Assembly (NCBI RefSeq): GCF_000142905.1
Contig: NW_013657654.1
Coordinates: forward strand, 310,001 to 374,000
From: Thecamonas trahens ATCC 50062
Lineage: Eukaryota > Protista > Apusomonadida
Direction: 5' to 3'
Length of the DNA: 64,000 bases
Shown here: piece by piece, positions 33,407-43,778 of the stretch
Numbering within the stretch: the first letter of the stretch is position 1
Layout: the number at the start of each line of letters is the position of its first letter
The notes under the pieces: generated by a model
What the model saw: the letters and a program-made list of their open reading frames with translations, nothing else
Database searches by the model: none
What the model was told of the DNA's origin: nothing
Made by a program: the position numbers and the translations under genes

Positions 33407-34180
33407 GTGCACACTCGCTCCTCCTCGTCTCAGCTCGTCATCACTATCATCATTGTCATCATTGTCATCATCGTTGTCGTCGTTGGCTGCAGACGACAGC
33501 GGCTTTGTCTCGGCTTGGTCAGAGGTGGCCAGCATCCGCTGCGTGACTTTCCAAGAATGCTTCCCATCTGTGCTTCTATTGAGGAAGCTGTGCGTCGTCT
33601 GAGGAAACGGCTGCGGTCGCCAGAGCCTGATGATCTTGCGCCTGAGGCTCGCCTGGCGGACGATGGAAGTGCTCCGCTGGTGGCTATGGACATTGCCGGC
33701 GAAGAGCCGCCGCCGGCGGGCACGTGTGGCAGCGACGAATCGGCCTGGCCGCATCCGTCGCCGACCAAGCGGCAGGCAACGCTCGGAGCTGGCCTGCGGA
33801 CGCCTTCGCCCCCGGTTTCGGTGCCTGGTGCAAGGTCACCATCGGCCTCGTGGTCGAGCTCATACAGCTCACCAGCGCCGCATCCGCCACCGGCGCAGTC
33901 GCGGTCTGCGTTCTCGGCCACCCGCGCCGCCGGACCAGCCCGCCACGCGCTCCTCTCCCACTTGACCTACCCCTTCAGTTCCGATGACGAGCACCACGCC
34001 CTGCCGGCGGTGTCTGCCCCAACGGCGATGCCCGCTTCGTCTCCGCCAGCATCTCCGCCATCCGCGTCCAAACGTCGTCGCGAGCCGCTGGCCGTCTTTG
34101 GCGCCGCCGGAGGGCCGCCCAAGCGGGCGCGGCTGCTCCACGCCCGACCGCGGAGGCCCCAACCTGAACTCAGCTGCTGA
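33407..34180 (+). CDS. Hypothetical low-complexity Pro/Ser-rich protein with basic NLS-like motifs; 5' structure unresolved
   Basis: ORF fills the space between two genes and contains PTKRQ, SKRRRE and PPKRAR. There is probably an upstream exon that I could not phase. Confidence 0.4.
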   Translation: MHTRSSSSQLVITIIIVIIVIIVVVVGCRRQRLCLGLVRGGQHPLRDFPRMLPICASIEEAVRRLRKRLRSPEPDDLAPEARLADDGSAPLVAMDIAGEEPPPAGTCGSDESAWPHPSPTKRQATLGAGLRTPSPPVSVPGARSPSASWSSSYSSPAPHPPPAQSRSAFSATRAAGPARHALLSHLTYPFSSDDEHHALPAVSAPTAMPASSPPASPPSASKRRREPLAVFGAAGGPPKRARLLHARPRRPQPELSC

Positions 34181-34831
34181 TTCTCCCGAGCGTACCCCTT
34201 CCAGCGTTTACTCACGTTGACAGGTAGTGCTACCAGTGTCGTCTGTTTTGGTCGGCTCTCCCACACCTCATCCTGGGAAACATCCGCCATCCGCACGATT
34301 TGCAGGTAGCCGTCGGCATGCAACGGCTTGTGGTGTGTGGCACGTGAGACTCTGATTAATAATGAGTCGACCGGGGGACCCCGACCAAGTTAAACCTTTC
34401 GGCCCGGCCATGCTCAGTTATGGACTCTCTCAATCCTTCTCATATGGACCATGCCCCCCCCCCCCCCCCCCCCCCTCCCTTGTTCATGCAAACACGCGTC
34501 CTGTTGTTCTCTCTCTCGTCATTGCCATACCAAGGGGGAAAAAATAGAATACTTTGTAATTTGGTGAACAACACTCTCGGTTGCCGGCCAAGCGGTCGTT
34601 ATCGTCGCGCATAGTCATCAAAAGGGTAGGCGGGCGGGTTCCCGCTTCGTCGGAGCCGACTGTGTCGACGCCATCAGAACTCTTAGCTATGTAAGGTGTC
34701 AGCCGCTTCGCTTCGCTCAGCCGGCCGCGAGTGTTAGCGACTGGTAGCAGTCGCAGCAATACTTTGTCGTTTTGTTGTTCCTCACTGGCAAGACGATTTC
34801 AATTTGTTAACATTGCTCTCGAATTGCCGCA

Positions 34832-37800
34832 ATGATCGTTCCCCAAACGTTGCTCATGGTGGCTGTGGTAGTCGGCGCAGCAGTCATGCTCGTGCATGAG
34901 GGAGAAGCGCAAGCGTCACTTCCGGAAGTGCTTCAACTTCGTATGAATATCTTTCTCTCAAGTTCCGAGTTTGTAACTGGCCCAGGCATTGCCTTTGGTG
35001 TCCTTCTTGCTCAGTTCAACGGGCGGGCCAACCGAACGTCGGAAGTTTTGCTTCAGCCGCAAGTCTTTCCTGCGGAAATCGCGGCGTACACTCCTTGGCT
35101 CAATGCCATTACCGGGCCAGACGTGGTCGAGGTCTATCTCGGTGGCGGAGGCCTTGATCTCCTCTCGAGTGACAACTTTGAAGACGTGACCGACATCTGG
35201 ACAAACTCCTCGCTTGACCTCGATCTCTTGCCGGCGGCCATGGCCAGTTCGACCGGCGCCGATGGTCGGCGGTACGGCGTCCCGCTGATGGGTGATGCCA
35301 ACGTATGCGTGTACTCCAAGTCGGCATTTGCCGCCATGGGCATCACCGCCACACCCAACACGTGGTCCGAGCTCAAGGCCCTCTGCAGCGTGTTTGTGGC
35401 TGCTGGCAAGCCGTGCCTCGGCACCGGCTACGACGCCATCCCGTCGGTCTACTTTGACTACATGTTCATCCGGATGCACGGCAACGCGGCATACGAGCAG
35501 TTCTTTAACGGCAATGTCTCGTTCACCGATCCACGGGTCAACGCTACCTTTAACGTTCTCATGGAGCTCAAGGACATCGGTGCGATGATGCCGGATCCGA
35601 CGTCCGGCGCTGCCTACAACGTCGCTGATCTTGTCAACGACACCATTCCGATCTACTGCGGCTTTGAGATGATGACTGTCTCGCCGCTGCAGCAAGGTGC
35701 CAACACGTCGAACCTTGACGTGTTTCCTTTTCCGTCGTACGACGGCGAGCTTGGGACGGCTGGGCCGTCCGAGCCGACCAATGCCATCCTCGGCCTAGTT
35801 GGCACGTACGCCATTCCCAAGAACGCACAGTACAAGAGCTACTCGCACGAGTTCCTCACCTACGCAACCAATCCGACGGTGCAGGCCGGCATGCTCTCCT
35901 ACGCCACATCGGGCTTTATTCCTCGATTTTCGATGGGGTCGTACGTGGTGCCGCCCCGGGCCAAAAAGGTGTACAGCGCCGTTCTTGCCGCGGACGCGAT
36001 GCTCTTCCGCTCGTTTGCGGCCTTTGGCTTTGCCTCTGTCACCGGTGACTGGTGGCGTATCATCTACACCTTTGAGGCCATGCCGACCCGCGCCATGGCA
36101 CAGGGGTACCTCAACACAGCTCTGGCGGCGATCGAGGTGGAGCGGCTGGCGGCGGTGCTCAAAATGACGGTCGAGCCGGTGGCGGATCCGCTTCCGGGCA
36201 CGTACTCTGACGCTGTGAGAGTCTCGCTGTCATCGCCGACCACGGGTGCCGTGGTGTACTACACGCTCGACGGGAGCGAGGTCAACCTGGGCTCGCCGGT
36301 CTACAGTGGGCCGATCACCATCTCGTCGTCTGGGACGACGCGAGTGCGTGCCATTGCGCTCGCACCAGGTCTCCGTTTGTCGACCGAGCTCGTGGGAGAC
36401 TATGTACTCAACATTGCGTCGGTCAAGGACGACTCGAGTGCACGGCTCCTGCTGTACATCCTCATTCCTTCGCTGCTCCTTGTTATTTGTGTCGGCGGCG
36501 TCGTCGGCTACGTCATCTACCGGCGCAAGTCTGTCACGTACCGGCTCAAGTCGGACTCGGACCTTGTGCTTAACTCGGAGGACATTGACATTGGGCGTGC
36601 CATTGGTGAGGGCTCGTTCGGCACGGTGTACATGGGTTCGTGGCGCGGAACGGCTGTGGCTATTAAGCGGACCAAGACCAAGGTGATGAAGCCTGCACAG
36701 CTGAAGGAGTTTGTTGACGAAGCCGGTATGCTGCTCCGGCTCCGGCACCCGAACATTGTCATTTTCATGGGTGTCACGCTCGAGCCGCCGCAGCTGGTTA
36801 CCGAGTTTATGGACCGCGGCTCGCTCTATGACATCATCCATGCGCCGGACGTCTTCCTCGACACCTCGATTATCTTCAAGTGGTGCCACAACATGGCGCA
36901 GGGTCTGTTCTTTCTGCAGCAGTCTGGTGTCACCCACGGCGACTTCAAGTCGCTCAACGTGCTCTTTGACTCCAACTGGGTGCCCAAGATTTGCGACTTT
37001 GGTATGTCGTCGGTCAAGGGTGAGGCTGGCCTTGTTGCGCACGCAGCGTCGGAGCTCAAGGCGGCCGGCAAGGGCAAGAAGAAGAAGACAGCCAAGGTGA
37101 CACCAGCAGACGCTGCTGCGGCGGCGGCAGCGGGTGCGGGCGGTGACAGCAGTCGCTTCGGCTCGCTCAGCTCCAACTCGCCGTTTGTCTCGGCCACCTC
37201 GTCGTTCTCATCGCGAATGGGAACTTCGCGGTCGACTGCTGGCGGCAAAGGCAACGACTCGGGCATGGGCAACGTGGGCACGCTGTTTTGGGCGGCACCC
37301 GAGGTGCTGACCCAGGGTGGCGCGGCAGCGTCGGCGGCGTCGGACGCGTACTCTCTCGGACTCACGTTCTGGGAGTTGGCGGCGCGGTCCGATTTGTACC
37401 CGGGCGAGAACCCTCTTGCGGTCTCGCTTGATGTGGTCAACGGGCGCCGGCCAGAGACAGCAAGCATTCGGGCCGACCTCAACGACCTTCTTCCGGTCAT
37501 TACGGGGCTGTGGGACGGCAACGCAGAGACGCGAATGACAACCAAGGCTGCGGTGGAGGCACTCGGTGACCTCTACTCTCCGATGGCGGTGGTTTACCCG
37601 ACGACGGCGACCGCGCCCGAAGGTCAGGTCATTCTCATCCACGTGGCACGGCTGGGTATCGGCAAGCTGCTACTGCGGTCGCCGTCGGATGCAGCCGAGT
37701 GCCTCGCCGCATTCCACGCCGAAGTGCCCGAGCTTGCACGCGAGGCCGGCGGCGCTGTGGTCGAGTGGGGTCTGGCGACGTCGTCGATTGCCGTCCACCG

Positions 37801-39592
37801 CGGCGACCAGTTTGGCCTCTTTGTCTCGCTGCTCGACCGAGTCGAGGCGCGGACCGGCCCGCTGGCAGTCGCTGCTGTGCAAGGCAACATTTCGACCGCC
37901 AAGAACGTGTATGGCGAACAGACGCTGTCGGGCGAGGTCATGGTGGAGTTGACGTCGTTGTGGCAAGCAACGTTTGGCTCGCGGTCCGCGGGTGAGGCCT
38001 CGCTCATTCTCGCTCATGGCATGCCGGGCGTAGCCAAGTCGGGCATGTTTGTGCGGACCGAGTTTGCCAACTCGCTCGACAAGCTGCCCAAGGGTCTGGT
38101 CAGCGTTCCGGTGACCGGTGACTCTGGGCAGGCACTTGCGGCAGCCGGTGAGCGGGTGACCCGCATTGCGCGGCCGGCGGAGATTGCGTCAGGCGAGCCG
38201 GTCATGGAGCCGCCCTCGCCCTCGCAGCACCGCTCTGACGGAGCATCGGAAGAGCGCGACGGGTTTACAGCGACGCCCCGGCGTAGCTCATCACGACCGC
38301 CAATGATGCGCAATGACTCGTCCAAGCGCGACCTCAACCGGTCCGGCGCTGGCGTCCGCCGCAACCGCGGGCCATCGGCTGACGCACGGGCACGGTCCAG
38401 CTCGAGGCGGTCGGGCTCGCGACAGCGGGTGAGCTCGCGTCGGGCATCTGTGGTAGAGCAGGAGGAGGATGAGGCAAACTCAAGCTCGAGCTCGAGCTCG
38501 AGCTCGTCGATGTCTAATCCGAGCTCGAGCTCGTCACAGCGTCAGATCAGGGGCAAGGCCGGGCCGCGGGCTGCGGCTCGCATCTCGGCGACTCGCGCCG
38601 GCTCATCAAAGTCTGGTGCTCACCGGAACGCCAAGTCCAAGGTCGACCCGTCGCACTTTATCCTTACTCCGGCCGAGATGGATGAACTTGTCAAGCAAGA
38701 CGGAACCATGGTCCACGGCTCGTACTCGCGGGTCCACGAGGCCAATTGGAACGGGCAGCCGGTGATGGTGAAGGTCCTGCTCCGACAAGACCTCAAGCGT
38801 GAGGGGCTCATCAACTTTGCTGTGCTCGGCGGCGAGTGTGCGCGTGCCCAGGGCACACGCATTGCTGGCGCGATCGGGCTCTGCATCACGCGGCCGTTCC
38901 TGGGCCTCATCTTCCCGCGCTACGACTCGGGCTCGCTTCAGATCATGCTCGACCGCGCCATGCTGGGGCGTTCACGCGACCAGGTCGCGCATCGGTCAAA
39001 GGCGCGCGACGCACTTGGCACACCGACGCTCGACAACGACTCGGCGCGTGTGGTTGTCCTTGGCCTCATCAAGGCCATCGCTGAACTCCACGAGGTGGGC
39101 AAGCGCGGGCACGGTTCGCTGCGGCCGGCCAACGTCATGATCGTGACGCGCTCGACCGAGGTCCTCGACGTCCACCTCATCGACTACTTCCTCTCCAAGA
39201 TCAAGACCAACATGGGCACGATGACCATGGTGCCCTCAGTGGCGTATCTGGCGCCAGAGAACCTTCGCGGCGAGGACGGCAACATGGAGGCCGACATCTT
39301 TGTCTTTGGTACCATGCTCTACGAGATCGCCGTTCGCCAGCCGGCGTTTGACGGCTCGAACGCGCTCGAGGTCGGCTACCACATCCTCTCAGGCTTTCGT
39401 CCTGATCTTAACTTTGTGGAGGACCCACGGCTCCGCGAGCTCATTGCCGACTGCTGGAATGACGACGCCGCGGCTCGGCCCAAGGCCCGCGACGTGGCCA
39501 AGCGACTCGAGGCTAGCCTGCGCGAGCGCGGTCTGTACGCCGGCAATGCCAAGAAGAAGGGCAGAAAGGCACGCGATCGGCAGAACAGGTAA
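34832..39592 (+). CDS. Receptor-like TKL kinase: signal peptide, ABC-type sugar-binding domain, Fn3-associated domain, TM, kinase, degenerate cyclase-like region, pseudokinase
   Basis: SBP family 1 motif DGRRYGVPL...YSKSAFAAMGI..PNTWSEL. Fn3_assoc motif PGTYSDAVRVSLS...VYYTLDGS. TM LLLYILIPSLLLVICVGGVVGYVIY. Kinase 1: GEGSFG, HGDFKSLN, DFG, APE. Kinase 2: HGSLRPAN, DYF. Confidence 0.9.
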   Translation: MIVPQTLLMVAVVVGAAVMLVHEGEAQASLPEVLQLRMNIFLSSSEFVTGPGIAFGVLLAQFNGRANRTSEVLLQPQVFPAEIAAYTPWLNAITGPDVVEVYLGGGGLDLLSSDNFEDVTDIWTNSSLDLDLLPAAMASSTGADGRRYGVPLMGDANVCVYSKSAFAAMGITATPNTWSELKALCSVFVAAGKPCLGTGYDAIPSVYFDYMFIRMHGNAAYEQFFNGNVSFTDPRVNATFNVLMELKDIGAMMPDPTSGAAYNVADLVNDTIPIYCGFEMMTVSPLQQGANTSNLDVFPFPSYDGELGTAGPSEPTNAILGLVGTYAIPKNAQYKSYSHEFLTYATNPTVQAGMLSYATSGFIPRFSMGSYVVPPRAKKVYSAVLAADAMLFRSFAAFGFASVTGDWWRIIYTFEAMPTRAMAQGYLNTALAAIEVERLAAVLKMTVEPVADPLPGTYSDAVRVSLSSPTTGAVVYYTLDGSEVNLGSPVYSGPITISSSGTTRVRAIALAPGLRLSTELVGDYVLNIASVKDDSSARLLLYILIPSLLLVICVGGVVGYVIYRRKSVTYRLKSDSDLVLNSEDIDIGRAIGEGSFGTVYMGSWRGTAVAIKRTKTKVMKPAQLKEFVDEAGMLLRLRHPNIVIFMGVTLEPPQLVTEFMDRGSLYDIIHAPDVFLDTSIIFKWCHNMAQGLFFLQQSGVTHGDFKSLNVLFDSNWVPKICDFGMSSVKGEAGLVAHAASELKAAGKGKKKKTAKVTPADAAAAAAAGAGGDSSRFGSLSSNSPFVSATSSFSSRMGTSRSTAGGKGNDSGMGNVGTLFWAAPEVLTQGGAAASAASDAYSLGLTFWELAARSDLYPGENPLAVSLDVVNGRRPETASIRADLNDLLPVITGLWDGNAETRMTTKAAVEALGDLYSPMAVVYPTTATAPEGQVILIHVARLGIGKLLLRSPSDAAECLAAFHAEVPELAREAGGAVVEWGLATSSIAVHRGDQFGLFVSLLDRVEARTGPLAVAAVQGNISTAKNVYGEQTLSGEVMVELTSLWQATFGSRSAGEASLILAHGMPGVAKSGMFVRTEFANSLDKLPKGLVSVPVTGDSGQALAAAGERVTRIARPAEIASGEPVMEPPSPSQHRSDGASEERDGFTATPRRSSSRPPMMRNDSSKRDLNRSGAGVRRNRGPSADARARSSSRRSGSRQRVSSRRASVVEQEEDEANSSSSSSSSSSMSNPSSSSSQRQIRGKAGPRAAARISATRAGSSKSGAHRNAKSKVDPSHFILTPAEMDELVKQDGTMVHGSYSRVHEANWNGQPVMVKVLLRQDLKREGLINFAVLGGECARAQGTRIAGAIGLCITRPFLGLIFPRYDSGSLQIMLDRAMLGRSRDQVAHRSKARDALGTPTLDNDSARVVVLGLIKAIAELHEVGKRGHGSLRPANVMIVTRSTEVLDVHLIDYFLSKIKTNMGTMTMVPSVAYLAPENLRGEDGNMEADIFVFGTMLYEIAVRQPAFDGSNALEVGYHILSGFRPDLNFVEDPRLRELIADCWNDDAAARPKARDVAKRLEASLRERGLYAGNAKKKGRKARDRQNR

Positions 39593-39630
39593 ACACGCGG
39601 CTTACTTGTTTGCCAGGTCTTGTTTACGCA

Positions 39631-41337
39631 CTATGCATTGCGCTCCTCGTTTGCGACGCGGGCGCGAGCGGTGGTGTCGTGGGCGCCGGCGAGTTCGAGG
39701 ATGGCGCGGTCGGCATTGTCGGCGAGGGCGGCGCGATCAACCTTGCGGCGCTGCTGGATGAGGGCGTCGGTGCGCTTGAGGGCGTGGGCGTGGGCGAGGC
39801 GGGCGTCGGGGCCACCGAGGCCAAAAACGACAACGCGATCGACGTCTGCAGCGGCCTCGTCGCCATCGCCAATAAGTACCCCATTGGCGTAGGTGGTGCC
39901 GACAGCGCGGGCGTGAACCCTGTTGAGCATTTCGGGAAGGTGAAGGCGGAACGAGCCGTGTCGGCCGCCAAAGGCGAGGCACGAGACCGGAGCGCGCGAC
40001 GGATCACTTGACTTGACCGGCGAAGTTGAGCCCTGGGGTGGCTTGTACAGGTACATAAAGTTGTCACGCGGGCCGGTGACGGCGCAGACCTCCAGGCGAG
40101 GCGTAAACGAGACAAGGACACACGCTGGTGAGCCAAAGAACTTGTTGGCGAGCGGGTTCGATGGGGAGCCCGGCCACTCGTGGGCAATGAGGACGCCGAG
40201 CGAAAAGTCGGCGCCGGACGCAACCAGCAGCGACGGCGCGCGGTACTGCGCCACCTGCGCCACCAGAGACGAAAGAGCCTGACCGTGGACGGCCGAGTCG
40301 TAGAGGACCGGCGAGTCGAGGTCGTCAATCGAGACGGAGGCATCGGCCGAGCCGGAGGAGGCGTCTGGCGCCGCACGCGCACGGGCGGATGAGCTGGCTT
40401 CGTCTGCTGGCGTGCGTGTCCGCGGGAGGAGTGCGGCGCGGCCAGTGAGAAGAACAAGCGCGAGCGCGAGCTTGGGCGCTGCGCCGAGATCGACGCCGAC
40501 TGGAACGAGGCTGGCGGCATCAAGCGCAGAGGCGCGGACAACAAAATTGGTTGTAGCCGGCACATGCTGGGCAATTTTGTTGGAGCCAATGGTGATGACG
40601 CCTGCGGCGGCGGCAGCGCCCGCGGCGGCCTCGAGGCCGGCGATGAGCGCCGAAAGCATGTTGGGAACGAGGCCCGGGAGGCGGGTGCGGAGCAAATGGG
40701 CAACAATGGTTTTCGGGGAGCGGCGGATGCCATGCTTGGCGGCCTCGGCGACGGCGGCGGCGGCGGTGCGCGCCACAAAGGCTTCGAGCTCGTCCTCCCA
40801 CGCCGGCTCGTCGTCAGGCAGCGCGCCGTCAAAGACGACGGCGAGCGCATCGGCGAGAACCAGATGCAGAAGGAGGCCGACATCCTCAGTCGAGGCAACC
40901 GAGGGCGCTGCATCCGCAGCCGGGGCCATGAGCCGGGCCGTAGCCGCGCGCGCGTGGGTCACATACGGCCTGACCCAGGTGAGGGCTAGCAGCGAGGGCA
41001 GGGCGGTGAAATCCGACGAGGCCTTGCCGAGCAGGCTGGCGAGGCCTGCTGCAAACTGCTCGCCGGTCATGACTTCGGCAGCTGCGCGGGCGGTTGCTTC
41101 TGCCGACGGGCATGGCTCGTAGTGGGCGACGCAGGCGGTAAAGACAGCGGTAGCGGCGCCTGTGCCGATAAAGGGTGCGAGGTGGGCGAGGAACACGTCA
41201 CGGTGAATGGTGCTCATTTTTTTCTTGTCACCCCCCACCCCCCCTGCCGCCACAGCGGCGAACGACGACGCCAGCACCTTGCCCTCTTCCGGCGAGACGC
41301 CCAGCGGGCTTGGGTCGACAGACGTGGTGTTGCCCAT
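39631..41337 (-). CDS. TLDc-domain protein (MEAK7/TLDC1-like) with a predicted N-myristoylation site
   Basis: MGNTTS start. TLDc motifs LYDSAVHGQALSSL, YRAPSLLV, FFGSPACVLVSFTP, NFMYL and LAFGG. C-terminal DRAILELAG. Confidence 0.85.
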   Translation of the reverse strand: MGNTTSVDPSPLGVSPEEGKVLASSFAAVAAGGVGGDKKKMSTIHRDVFLAHLAPFIGTGAATAVFTACVAHYEPCPSAEATARAAAEVMTGEQFAAGLASLLGKASSDFTALPSLLALTWVRPYVTHARAATARLMAPAADAAPSVASTEDVGLLLHLVLADALAVVFDGALPDDEPAWEDELEAFVARTAAAAVAEAAKHGIRRSPKTIVAHLLRTRLPGLVPNMLSALIAGLEAAAGAAAAAGVITIGSNKIAQHVPATTNFVVRASALDAASLVPVGVDLGAAPKLALALVLLTGRAALLPRTRTPADEASSSARARAAPDASSGSADASVSIDDLDSPVLYDSAVHGQALSSLVAQVAQYRAPSLLVASGADFSLGVLIAHEWPGSPSNPLANKFFGSPACVLVSFTPRLEVCAVTGPRDNFMYLYKPPQGSTSPVKSSDPSRAPVSCLAFGGRHGSFRLHLPEMLNRVHARAVGTTYANGVLIGDGDEAAADVDRVVVFGLGGPDARLAHAHALKRTDALIQQRRKVDRAALADNADRAILELAGAHDTTARARVANEERNA

Positions 41338-41628
41338 GTCGACTGTTTGGCTCTTCCTTAACACTCGCTTGATGTCGGCGAGTCTCGTGTCGAGAGAAGT
41401 GTGTGTCCGGAACTGGTCGCTGGGCCCGGGGGGGGGGGGAGGGGGTGTGGGCGGGCTTGTGACCTGGCTGGGCAAGGTGGCCCAGAGTTATCCGGTTTGA
41501 CCTGGACGAGTGCCATGACATGTGTGTGATGCGGCCATAGGGGGGGGGGGGGGGGCGTGAAGCTGCTATTGATTTTTCGCTTGCAGCGTCTGGAGTCGTC
41601 GGCAGATCGTGTGGTGTGGCACGGATTG

Positions 41629-43131
41629 TCAACAGAGCTGGGCGTAGTCATGGTCGTAGATGGTGGAGAGAGAAAGGTCGACAACGGCGGCTCCGGCTCC
41701 AACGTCGATGGTGTACGGGATGACAGCGCCGCGGAGCACAAATCGGACGGGAGAGAGCGGCCCGTCTGGGTGTCCGCGCCGCCACGCGCGCCACACATAC
41801 CGTGCCGCGTCGGCGTGGATCCACGGCTTGCCCGGAAGCGTCACCCAGTACCGGGTCCAACGATCAGAGAGGAGCAGCCTGGCATCGGCCGAGTAATCGG
41901 CGAGCCGCGGTGGCGCAGCGCGGACGACCATGGCGTCGGCCGCGAGCCACGGCTCGTCGTTGCCGGTTGCAAGCCAGCGGATCGGATCGACAACGCGCCC
42001 ATCGCTGAGCGTGAGAGCTCCGTGGAGCCAGAGCGAGTTTTTGGGCACAAGTGAGAACATGGCCCAGTACTGCTCCAGCTTGAGATCGCGCCCGAGACTC
42101 GCCATCACCGCCATCGGGCGTGACGCGCTGGGCGAGTTTGAGATAAACCCAGCGCAAAATAGCAGGATCCACGCCATGGCGACTCCCGCCAGTACCGTCC
42201 GCACCCGGCCGGGCGTGGGCTGTGGCGGCGCAGCTGGCCAGCCGAGGCGCCGCGGCCGCCGACTCGCACCGGTCAAGGCATCGAGCACCCGCGATGGCAC
42301 CGCCAGCAGCGCCGGTGCCATGCAGATCCACGGAAACATGCCCAGGCGCATACAGAATACAAACGAACCATGCATGGCCAGCGCCCAGCTCGCAAAACTG
42401 GCACGCGCAAGCTCGCTCCCGCGCGCAAACGGCCAGAACGCGAGCAGCGGAACCAGGATCTCGGACCACATCACTCCGGCGGCAACCAGCGGAACCAGCG
42501 GGAGGTTGTCGACGACATCCGTACCGGTCTCACTCGCAAACCACGCGTTGCGCAGCGCAGCGCGGAGCGCATCGCCCGAGTACCACTCGGATGCGTACTT
42601 GGCCTTGGCCAGTCCGCACTTGACATACATCAGCACCATCTGGCCGAGCAGGCAGCCAAGCGGAAGCGACGGCGCCAGAATAAAGCCCCTTCCACGGACG
42701 GAGGTCTCTGCCAGCTGAGGTGATGCGAGAGCAGTCCACATGACAAGCAGGCCGAGGTACCTGTCGCCGCCGTTGTGGACGAACTCGTTGCGGGCGTCAA
42801 TGGAGGCGAGGATGATCCAGCTCACCACCGCAGAGGGAAAGAGCCACTTGCCGCCGACGGCAATGCCGATGCCTGCAGCAAACGCTACCGCCAGCACCGC
42901 GAGTATTACGCCTTGGATGTTCGACATAAGCAGGAGCGAGAAGACTGGCCCGGCCTCCATCACTGTCGCTGCCCGCACCACTCCGTCATCCGTCAGCATC
43001 TCCTCCGCCAGCACCATCCGCACCGCCACCGTCGCCGCCACGCACAGCCCAAGTCCGATGCGAAACGCCGCTGCAGCCCGCGAGTCCACCCGCACCATCC
43101 TCCGCCCGCTCTCGATCATCGTTGCCATCAT
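41629..43131 (-). CDS. HTTM-domain (vitamin-K-dependent carboxylase-like) multipass membrane protein, prokaryotic type
   Basis: DSRAAAAFRIGLG, LTDDGVV, RNEFVHNGGD, QMVLMYVKCGLAK...WYSGDAL, HGSF..MRLGMF and LEQYWAMF motifs. Confidence 0.85.
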   Translation of the reverse strand: MMATMIESGRRMVRVDSRAAAAFRIGLGLCVAATVAVRMVLAEEMLTDDGVVRAATVMEAGPVFSLLLMSNIQGVILAVLAVAFAAGIGIAVGGKWLFPSAVVSWIILASIDARNEFVHNGGDRYLGLLVMWTALASPQLAETSVRGRGFILAPSLPLGCLLGQMVLMYVKCGLAKAKYASEWYSGDALRAALRNAWFASETGTDVVDNLPLVPLVAAGVMWSEILVPLLAFWPFARGSELARASFASWALAMHGSFVFCMRLGMFPWICMAPALLAVPSRVLDALTGASRRPRRLGWPAAPPQPTPGRVRTVLAGVAMAWILLFCAGFISNSPSASRPMAVMASLGRDLKLEQYWAMFSLVPKNSLWLHGALTLSDGRVVDPIRWLATGNDEPWLAADAMVVRAAPPRLADYSADARLLLSDRWTRYWVTLPGKPWIHADAARYVWRAWRRGHPDGPLSPVRFVLRGAVIPYTIDVGAGAAVVDLSLSTIYDHDYAQLC

Positions 43132-43778
43132 TGTCCTTCTCGCCTGCTTTCGCTCACTCACCTCCGTCGAGCCGACAAGTAACGCGTCGTGCTCGCCGCC
43201 ACCACCGCCACCGCCGCCGTCTTCCCGCACACCAGCGCGCGGGCGGAGCATAGTACAGCCAAGTGTGGAGGAGGGAGGGGAGGGGAGGGGGGGGGGGGGG
43301 GGGGGGGGGGGGGAGGGATGGGGGCGAGGGGCTAAGAGGGGTCAGGTGGAGGAAGGTGACTATGGCCAGTGCTACCTGCGCTCATCGACGGTCTCATCTG
43401 GGGTGATAGGTGGGCCTCGACAGCTTAGAGGTAATTTTGATTTTTGTTGATGTTCTGGAGAAAAAATAGTTTCGGTGATCCCCTACACCCAACACCGTGA
43501 ACTCCTCAGTGTTCTGTCCTTTGGACTCTGGTGAAAAACCGGAAGAGGTCGCTCGCATTCGGCGGAAAAAAACAGCTCCAACCACCGCACCTTGCTCCCA
43601 CTTGGCAAAGCTCTGTGCAAAGGTAGGGAAGCGCATACGTGTGGCACTCTTGACGTGAGGGTAGGCAACCCCGGTCAGGCTCCTCCTCCCTCCCCCCCCC
43701 CCCCCCCTCCCCTTCCTCCTACTTGGCCGACGTGCACCAGACCGCTCTCTCCCGCCTCCATACGACACTGCGCTCTCG

